A DNA stretch of 64,000 nt from Eledone cirrhosa. Taxonomy: Eukaryota. This document shows positions 54,577-64,000 of the stretch, piece by piece (positions within the stretch are counted from its first letter, which is position 1; every line of letters starts with the position of its first letter). Location of the stretch: positions 117,924,001 through 117,988,000 of the forward strand of contig OZ024742.1 of the NCBI GenBank assembly GCA_964016885.1. Direction: 5' to 3'. Made by a program: the position numbers and the translations under genes. The notes under the pieces were generated by a model, which made no database searches, was not told the DNA's origin, and was given only the letters and a program-made list of their open reading frames with translations.

Positions 54577-55620
54577 GAGCGAATGTGAGGATAATACGCA
54601 AGGCATGGCTTTTATAGAGGAGTGGTATTAGACCAGAACAATAATATCAATAACAAAATAACTAGATACTGAATAGTTAAAATAATAACATCAATATAAG
54701 TAAGAAATAGAATATAATGATAGAACTAGCATGGTAAACGAACTGATATGATACAGATGTATGAAGTTGACATGTGAAAACTACTATAGGTTACATTAGA
54801 TGTAGTGTTTGAGGGATGAAGAGATAACTATGTACTTAGAGTCAGATAAAATGTACGTAGAGTCAGATTTTTGGAATCTAACCCTTTAAGTGCAATTATG
54901 AGGGCTCTAGATACAAGTGTGCTGTGGGTCTAAAAGCACGCTAGCAATAAACCGGAGATTGATTTATGGTTTGACAGATAAGTATTTTCGTTGTATCAAC
55001 TTAGTTAGATTGATAGAGTGAGTGTATAAAGATATATAGTTCTTAGGTAGTATTAAGTGAAATTATAGATTCAGTATTTTAAGGTTTAGGTGGCTTATTC
55101 TAAATGTTGGGATTGCTAGTTCGAATGATGGGGTTTAGTTTTCACAACATCAATGACAAATAGCGTATAATTAAGACAATAACATCAACAATAAAATATG
55201 CATGGTAAATAGATAGAGAACATGATGAATAAAATTAGGGATAGGATACATTGAGATGATCATAATCATAAGAAGAAGAAAATAAGAAAATAAGAGATTC
55301 AAGGAGTGTAAGGGTAATAAGATAATGCACTTAGAATTAAGTTCATCTGTTAGAGATTATGGGTGCTAATATGAGATATGTAGATATAATTGTTTGGTCC
55401 GAAAGAATAAACAACAGCAAAGACGAGATTGATTTATGGGCTTACATGATAATTGGTAGATGTTTGTAGACATTCCTGCCCCATCTTGGTGGTATAGATG
55501 TAGGGAGGCTGGAAGGTGTTTATAGAAGATTATGGTTCTCAAGTGGACTGTGTTAGAATGCGGATTTCATACGTTAAATTCTAAGTGATTTTCCATTAAT
55601 TTTGGGGATGCTGGTTCGAA

Positions 55621-57055
55621 TCACGGTGGTTTAAATCTCGTAAATTTAGTAGCAATCCTATGTCTGCAGAAAATTGACTTTTCTATTTTGCTGTTAAGTA
55701 GCATTTTATCGTACCTTAAGATATGTAGCAATTCAAGGTTGCAGAGCCCGCAATGGGACATACCGCTGCTATAGGCCTTTTCGGCCGCTAATTTCGACCA
55801 GCTAATATTGTAATCAAGGTTTTTGTCCTTAAGTTGCCAGATTTTATTGGCGAGGGTTGTGGAATTCACCAGTGCACGGTTCTTCATTGAATGTCTGTGT
55901 ACATACCATCTTATTTTAAAAACACCCGCGGTGGATCCAATGTAGTGTCAGGTGGAGTTGCCCGAGTTTACAGTACACATGTACACTAAGCTAGAATCTA
56001 GGCACCTATTCTCTAAGTAGGCACCTATTCTCTGGTAGGTGACAATTGCAGTTTGAAGTATTATTCCGTGCAGCATTCACATTGCGGTTCTGCAAATTGT
56101 TATGTGTAGGTTCATGCCTATTGGAGTTTTGCTTTGGTGTGTTCCGATGCGTTTGTTGTTGTGATACTGTTATGTGTTTGTGATTAGTGTTTGGTGCTAT
56201 GTTGTGTATTGGTGGGGTAGTTTCCTTAGAGATATTCTTGTGGTTGATCTTACGTATGTGCGATTCTATGTTGGCGCCAGTTGAGCATGAAAGTTTTATA
56301 GTTTTTCTATTGAAGATTTTATGGTATCTATGTGATGTAGGGAAGTGTTTATCTATTAGTTTTAAAAACGTAGAAGGCAGTTTAGTTCTTATAGAGGAGT
56401 TGAAGATCGGATTAAACCATAGGTATTTTCTTTCTCTAGTTCTTCTATAGTTTTGGGGGTTTTTATTATTAGTGTTCAGTCCTCCTACTCTTGGTGCTAA
56501 TTGTTTAGTTCCATGCCTCGTCCTGTATCTTTTATTTTTGTATGTGCGGTTAGTATTGGTGTTATCGGGTTTGTTTGTGTCGTCCTTATGTTATAAACTG
56601 CAGATTTTCCTTGTATCCAGTCCTATGTAATGTTACGTTATAATAATTAGCATGTTCATTAAAAATTTCTATTTCTAGGTTTGAGGATAGGCGGGATATT
56701 CTGAGGGATATACTACGTGCTATGGAGTTAATTATGGATCGGGGTGGTTTGAGTTGTAACTAATGTAGGCTAGATTTTCATTATTTTTGTGGAAGGGTTC
56801 TATCAATCCTGTGTTTAGGTTTAGAGTTACATCTAAAAAAATTTCTTTTTTAGAATTTAGTTCGAAAGTAATAACTAGGCCTAGTTTTTTGAAGAATGTT
56901 CTATTATTTTTTCGTAATAATTTATGTCGAATTGAATGAAGTTGTATGTTTCTCTGTTTCTTATTTTACTGAACCCTTCTATTGCTTCGCTAGTGTTACC
57001 CCATAAATTGATTTCCAGTTTTCCCTTAATTTCTGCGATCACCCTATCTAGAATG
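55621..57055 (-). pseudogene. PLE RT thumb + GIY-YIG endonuclease relic
   Basis: FLDVTLNL..PFHK..YNSNHP; WFNPIFN..LIDKHFP..KIFNRKTIKLS; CNC..CL..LVY..HYIGST..RW..H; CGLCNLE..CRH. Confidence 0.88.
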
Positions 57056-58269
57056 TATTAGCTGGTCGAAATTAGCGGCCGCAAAGGCCTATAGCAGCGA
57101 CATGTCCCATTGCGGGCTCTGCAACCTTGAATTGCTACATATCTTAAGGTACGATAAAATGCTACTTAACAGCAAAATAGAAAGGTCAATTTTCTGCAGA
57201 CATAGGATTGCTACTAAATTTACGAGATTTAAACCACCGTGATTCGAACCAGCATCCCCAAAATTAATGGAAAATCACTTAGAATTTAACGTATGAAATC
57301 CGCATTCTAACACAGTCTACTTCAGAACCTTAATCTTCTATAAACACCTTCCAGCCTCCCTACATCTATACCACCAAGATGGGGCAGGAATGTCTACAAA
57401 CATCTACCAATTATCATGTCAGCCCATAAATCTATCTAGCCTTTGCTGATGTTTATTCTTTCGGACCCAACAATTATATCTACATATCTCATATTAGCAC
57501 CCATGATCTCTAACAGATGAACTTAATTCTAAGTACTATCTTATTACCCTTACACTCCCTGAAACTCTTATTTTCTTATTTTCTTCTTATTATTATTATG
57601 ATCATCTCAATGTACCCTATCCCTAATTTTATTCATCATGTTCTCTATCTATTTACCATGCATATTTTATTGTTGGTTTATTGTCTTAATTATACGCTAT
57701 TTGTCATTGATGTTGTGAAAAGTAAACCCCCGTGATTCGAACTAACAATCCCAACATTTAAAATAAACCACCTAAACCTTAAAATACTGAATCTATAATT
57801 TCACTTAATACTACCTAAGAACCATATATCTTTATACACTCACTCTATCAATCTAACTAAGTTGATACAACGAAAATACTTCTCTGTCAGACCATAAATC
57901 AATCTCCGGTTTATTGCTAGCGTGCCTTTAGACCCACAGCACACTTGTATCTAGATCCCTCATAATTGCACTTAAAGGCGTAGATTCCAAAAATCTGACT
58001 CTAAGTACATTTTATTAGTTATCTCTTCATCCCTCAAAAACTACATCTAATGTAACCTATAGTAGTTTTCACATGTCAACTTCATACATCTGTATCATAT
58101 CAGTTCGTTTACCATGCTAGTTCTATCATTATATTCTATTTCTTACTTATATTGATGTTATTATTTTAACTATTCAGTATCTAGTTATTTTGTTATTGAT
58201 ATTATTGTTCTGGTCTAATACCACTCCTCTATAAAAGCCATGCCTTGCGTATTATCCTCACATTCGCTC

Positions 58270-58376
58270 GCTCTGATGAATTAACTGGTTTTAAAGAAAG
58301 TATTGGAGATCGATTGACGCAACATCTAGTGATTAGCGAACTCTAGACCTACCAGATCAAGGAAACAATTGTCAGC
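58270..58376 (+). ncRNA. Type I hammerhead with long stem II
   Basis: gct ctgatga [~80 nt] gaaa c aatt g tc agc; palindromic ACAAUUGU; aataaa 6 nt downstream. Confidence 0.8.
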
Positions 58377-58652
58377 ACTGTGAATAAAGCCCTTATTGTA
58401 TAGCAAACCATGTCACTCTTATTTCTTGAATTATATATATATATAATCTTGTGTAATAAAAGCCAAGATCAAGTAATAACCACTTAGTAATAGATTTGTT
58501 GGGAAGTGGTAATTTGAAAATGTATGTTCTGTGATAGTTTCCTTCCTACCTCACTCTGTCACAGACAAAGTTGACAAGACATATCCATCTTCTCGTCAGT
58601 AGTATGGCAACAGCTATCTACCTATATATACATGTATATATATATATACATG

Positions 58653-58796
<144 letters not shown>

Positions 58797-58872
58797 CATA
58801 TCTGACGACCTTTCGATTACAGAGTCAGGTCTTATCTCGAGAGCTGATCGATAATGAAACGTATGTAATATG
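58797..58872 (+). ncRNA. Minimal type I hammerhead ribozyme
   Basis: catat ctgacga ..tcgat..atcga.. gaaa c gtat g ta atatg, right after (TA)n. Confidence 0.75.
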
Positions 58873-58974
58873 TTATTTAATATGTTATGATGTACACTGA
58901 ATCCTTGTTCCTAATCCTTATAGTATATATATATGTGTGTGTATGTGTGTGTGTGTGTATGTGTGTGAGTTAGT

Positions 58975-59016
<42 letters not shown>

Positions 59017-59199
59017 ACACGCAGAGTGATGTTGTGGTCAACAGCTATGTCCTTCTGTATCTATCTGGGACAATAATAATGACTATTTATTTCTCTTTAT
59101 ATAGAGAAATGGCATCTACTGGACTAGAAATGTTTCATTCAAAAGAAATAATCACACACACCCACACATACATATATATATATGTGTGTGTGTGTATAT

Positions 59200-60945
59200 A
59201 TCATCATCACCATTTTATATCCATTTTTCCACGCTAGCATGGGTTAGGCGAGTTGCCCTGTTGTGCGATACGCCAAGTCAGGTGACCATGTTTTGCTCAT
59301 ACAGAACTGATTTTAGCTTGGTATCTACAGCTGGATGACCTTCTTAACGCCAACCACATTTACATTGAGTACTGGGTGCTTTTTGTCGTTACACCTACCC
59401 AACCACTTTACAGTGTGGGCTGGATGTTTTTTGTTGTGACACCTACCCGACCACTTTACAATGTGGGCTGGATGTTTTTTGTTGTGACACCTACCTGACC
59501 ACTTTACAGTGTGGGCTGTATGTTTTTTGTTGTGACACCTACTCGACCACTTTACAGTGGGGGCTGGATGTTTTTGTTGTGACACCTACCCGACCACTTT
59601 ACAATGTGGGCTGGATGTTTTTTGTTGTGACACCTACCTGATCACTTTACAGTGTGGGCTGTATGTTTTTGTTGTGACACCTACTCGACCACTTTACAGT
59701 GTGGGCTGGATGTTTTTGTTGTGACACCTACCCGACCACTTTACAGTGTGGGCTGGGGACCTTTGTGTGAGAGGTGTGTGGGTATATGGGCCTGTGTGAC
59801 GGACGGAGTTTTGGGACGTGGGAGGTGTATGGAATGGGTAATGGAGGTGAAGGTGGTGCATACTAGATGTATGCTTTAGCCTGAGCTTATTGGAAGGCGG
59901 ATTGACTGTATTACTGCATAACCCCTAAGATCTCGGCCCTGTGCCATTGCCTTTGAGAGGAGCAATTGTGCAAAGTCAGCTTTTATCACCTCACCCCAAT
60001 TTTTACTGGGACTTCCTACCCCATAGCTTCCATCAACTTTGAGCGCTCTGAACCTTTTTATACAGCTGTCATCCTTCATACGCATCAGATGTCCATACCA
60101 ATGCCCAATGCTATCTCCTCTCCTATACACTGCATCTAATCCCTCTTAAGCCTATTTTCTCTCTCAGTTGGTTTATGTTTTGCCGTTCACGTATTACACA
60201 TCCATCGAAGCATTCCAGCTTCATTTCTTTCCAATCCTTCTGCACGCAGCGCCCAAGTCTCACTATCATGTAACATTGCTGTATCATACAATCTGCCCTT
60301 CATGTTGAGGGAAAATCCTTTTGTTGCTATCAGTGGTAGTAGCTCCTTGAACTTTTTCCACCCCGTTCTCAGTCTGGCTGGAGTACTTTAGGCGCTGCTA
60401 ATTTGGTCACCCAGATAGCAGAAGCTATCTACTGCTTCTACCAAACCTTCCCATGATTTGATAACGCTTGTATCTTATAGTCGTTTGCTACTTACTGCTT
60501 CGGTACAACGGCTACATGGAAACCCTATGTTTTTACCTAAACTACCTGAGTCCCCACTATATCTTTTGTGTCTCCATAGTTTGCATTTAGGACAGAGGAT
60601 GGAATTTCTACCTACACCTTTCCTACAAACCCAGCAAGGCCAGTTCCCCGAGGGGATCAGGGCTCTGTTTTCCATTATACTTACTAGGACCTTAGTCTTT
60701 GTCAGGTTGACTTTAAGACCATTTGTTTCTATGCCATGCTTCCAAGTTTGGATATTCTTCTCTAATTCTACCATAAATGCAGCTTTGGGTGTAAGATCAT
60801 CAGCATACAGGAGTTTACACGGGCAGCCAGTCTTAAATTCCTCTGTTAAAACCTGCAGAACGATAATAAACTAGAGACGGCTAAGAACAGAGCCCTGATT
60901 GACGCCAACCTGCACGCTAAATTTTTCACTATAGTCGTCTTTTTA
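59200..60945 (-). mobile_element. 5'-truncated RTE-clade LINE with (TGA)n-type 3' end
   Basis: VGVNQGSVLS, LLYADDL, GLKVNLTKTK, FCYLGD, GWKKFKEL, SETWA, MLRWMC, WYGHLMRM; 3' region ggatgaccttcttaacgccaacc (plus strand). Confidence 0.88.
59385..59756. repeat. 47-48 bp minisatellite, ~8 units
   Basis: gtgacacctacccgaccactttacagtgtgggctggatgttttttgtt. Confidence 0.95.
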
Positions 60946-61103
60946 ATTCTGTGAAGTATGCGCTATATACCTCACATTCGTAGACAGTGCTTAATTAAAT
61001 GTATCCTGGTGTTTTCAAAATTGTATTTCTTCTACTGCTGTTGATACTGCATTAATTTCTATTTTATATTAACTAAGACGTGCGTATATATGTATTCTTC
61101 TTC

Positions 61104-61171
61104 TATGTATGTATGTATGTATGTATGTATGTATGTATGTATGTATGTATGTATGTATGTATGTATGTATG
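61104..61171. repeat. (TATG)n = (CATA)n on minus strand
   Basis: Direct reading; abuts the 3' end of the CRE fragment. Confidence 0.97.
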
Positions 61172-61525
61172 CTTATGGAAGTAAATGAAATCCACACGTT
61201 ACCACCCTAAATGAGACTGAAGGAACAGTCCGCTTCGAGGTCCCGGCCGACAGGATGGAGAAGACATTGCTCCCCGGAGGACGGTGAGAGAGACCACTGC
61301 AAATCGCGGCGCTTGCCCGTGCGGACAGCCAGCTCCGCTCCGATAGCAGTGAGCAGGGATGTAGTCTGGGGGGCCAAGAACGCCGGTAGTCTCCACTGCC
61401 ACGGGCTCAACTACAAACCTATCAGAAAGCAACCGATACTTTGCCAGTTTGCCCTCTTTGGCCTGGGGGGGCAGCGAAGCCTGGGATGGTAGCCGAACTC
61501 ACCAAGTTGCCGCTAGAGAATGTCT
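61172..61525 (-). mobile_element. 3' fragment of a CRE-clade RLE non-LTR retrotransposon
   Basis: PGFAA..AKEGKLAKYRLLSDRFVVEPVAVETTGVLGP..LL.AIG..LA.RTG..SLTVLRG.N..SIL matches the CRE-type C-terminus (K..KY, P.AVET.G, LS...QRGNA). Confidence 0.72.
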
Positions 61526-61959
61526 TACATTGAAAGCAGCATGGCGTATTGCAGCAAACGCGTTGTCTGTCATAACAACAAAATTTCTAACTGCAATGTT
61601 TCCTCATATTCCTCTCTACCCCTCTTTCTCCCACCTTTTCCATTCTCTCTCTCTCACTCTCTCAATATCTTTCCCATCTTCTTTTCCCCGTCTGTACCTC
61701 TGTGTGAAATGAATAGGTGCTAGTATTTATAGTTTCTGATATTAGAACAATATCACCTTTGTATGTATATCTCTTTGTATTTGTTATGATATTGTATTAC
61801 AAGTTTTTATTTAGCTATGTTTAATCTCGTAAATTAAGATAATAATTAAATAGCATGATCCCACAATTGGTATGATATTGATATACCCTTTCTTTCAATG
61901 ATTCACTGGGTGATTGAATGAACTATTTGTTCAAGGTTTTCACTATCATCAACACTGCT

Positions 61960-62130
61960 AATAACTATTATTACCGTCATTACTATTACCACCACCACAA
62001 TAGCCGCCGCCATCACCATCGCCACAACAACCACCATTCCCACCACCACAACAAATTCCACCGTCCAATCACCACCTCCACCACTATCATCATCACCACT
62101 ACCACCACCACCCCAACATCATCAACAATC
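61960..62130. repeat. Degenerate (CAC)n tract
   Basis: Direct reading. Confidence 0.85.
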
Positions 62131-64000
62131 TTGCTAACAACAATATTGTCACTAGAACCTTATGGGAGATTTCGAATTAACGACATTAATCCCTGATTAA
62201 TGATAACAGGTATATTATTACGTTAACCATTTAAATACTGGAAGATAAATATTTATTTACCGAGACACAGAGCAATACCAATTACAAGATACTAAACAGT
62301 ACTTTTCAGATGATAACTTAAGATTCCATCAACTCTTGCCACTTGTAGAAAGTTAGTTGGCAGTGTAAAACCGTATGGTGCTGATATAGTTGTCGGTCTC
62401 GATATATTACATAGTTTGTTGTAGAGCAAAGAAGTTGTTCCTAATCAATTTGGAAAATTAACACATCTGACTGATATTAATCTAAAAACGTTATAGTTCC
62501 CTGGCATTAGTTGAACAGACAAATATTGTGAAACCGGAATCTACTTCAGTTAGTATTAAAGTCATGTCTACACAAAGATGTAAATGAACGCATACGCAAT
62601 ATATTTATATTTAAAAAAAGTCTCACTCTGAGTGTTTTACGTTGTGGTCATATCACAGTTGCCTCACTACCCGTCTAAGAGCGCTGTATACATATTTTTC
62701 AAGATGTTTATCCATCTTTAGCAACGCTAAACAAATTATATTTATTGAAAGCTTGTTTACATATGGTGTAATTTTTCCTGACTAATTAGTGATATCATTA
62801 ACACAACGTGGTTCAAAATAAAGGTGTATATAAATTCATATAAAATATGTTTATATATGAAACATACATATAGACTCACTGTTCGTATTTTAAGATTTAA
62901 TCATATCGCAGCTACCATGCTACCCGTATAAAGGTGCTGTATACATGATCAAAAGCTAACTTTTAACGCTTCAAAACACATTAGCAAGACATTCTTTGAC
63001 CCCCATGGCATTAATATCTTAACTCTCTACTATAATACTGCAAATTTTCACAATATGTCCACTAGTAAAGTTGCTATAAACATTTGAACTAACAAACCAG
63101 TTTATAAATATTTTCTGCTAAATAATTGCAGGATGTTAATAGCTAGAATACATAAAAATATTTCATGTGTTCATAAACATTTTTGTTGTGAACTACGCTG
63201 TGTTAGTGCTTTCGCCTATAAATACTACGTCTATGTTCAGTCGTTGTAATTCTCTGGTTACAAGTGCTGCTCTAAGTTCTGGTTGGTTAGATTAAACAAG
63301 ACACAGAATATCTCTAACGTCCCAACAAAAAGGATTAAGCGTGATACGCTCTTTTGTACATAATTTAGTACTGCGATCTTTATTTATTCTATTTCTGCTT
63401 TATTGAACTGCCGTTTGCCGCAGTAAACTAACCATCTGGAATTAAACAGATAATGCACATTTTCTCGCATCTTTCTAATAAACTGGGTTAGCAATACTCT
63501 CATTAATCAGAGCTGCTCAGACACACGTATCTCAGCTGAAATAAGTCTCTGCCATGATAACTATGTTAAGAAAAAACATCTGCCACCTATGTACTAATTT
63601 GTAATTATGTCTCACGTTGGTTTAGTCCATACAACTCATCACCTTTGGATCACTAGAGGACTATAATTGCAAGAAAAAAACACAGGGTGAACAGGTAAGG
63701 ATATATATACACTTGTACGATACTAATTTCAATCCCTTAGTACCCATACTTAAATGTCTAGTAACAAGTAATGGGAAGACCACCAGCAAATTATTCTCAA
63801 ACGCAGACTTTATATCAATACCCCTTCTAGATATTTTCCAATAAAAGAATACCCATAAGTTTGAGTTAAAAGATTCCCTTCTCTGGAGGGTTTTACTGAA
63901 CGCCCAGACACAGGTTTGTGCATTTCTACGCCTCACTAATGTGTAAATGTTAATGTAAATCCATTTATGCATGTCTACTACTGGATGGTCGTTAATTTAC

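Noticed and set aside
55949-55951. In-frame TGA in the Naiad-type GIY-YIG region as possible selenocysteine (some Naiads are selenoproteins)
   Set aside because: It falls in NST*HYIG, not at a conserved Cys. The zinc-ligand Cys codons I read in both Naiad-type copies are TGC/TGT and I noticed no SECIS. Probably a CGA>TGA decay.
59385-59756. CRISPR-like array
   Set aside because: Head-to-tail units with no unique spacers, eukaryotic context, no cas genes.

Overview
AT-rich, microsatellite-saturated eukaryotic DNA, probably intergenic or intronic. Repeat style and SINE types suggest an octopus/coleoid cephalopod (inference). I see no credible host gene. The window is a transposon mosaic: a 5'-truncated R4/Dong-type and a CRE-type restriction-like-endonuclease (RLE) LINE, both ending on (CATA)n; a near-complete decayed CsRn1-type Ty3/Gypsy element inside a deleted rosa/DD41D-like Tc1/mariner; a small non-autonomous LTR element with a fold-back third LTR; CR1 and RTE relics; about 20 copies of one tRNA-derived Meta-type SINE; one CORE-type SINE; and three coding Penelope-like elements (PLEs; two Naiad-type, one Neptune-type RT). 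The main hidden signal is that most short unique-looking islands between (TA)n/(CA)n tracts are PLE pseudo-LTR (pLTR) ends. They carry minimal type I hammerhead ribozyme (HHR) motifs: more than 12 full motifs from about 10 unrelated sequence families, plus half-motifs. They are arranged as fold-back inverted repeats in which only one arm has a 60-170 nt tail with shared motifs. All calls were made by eye; coordinates are approximate to a few bases.
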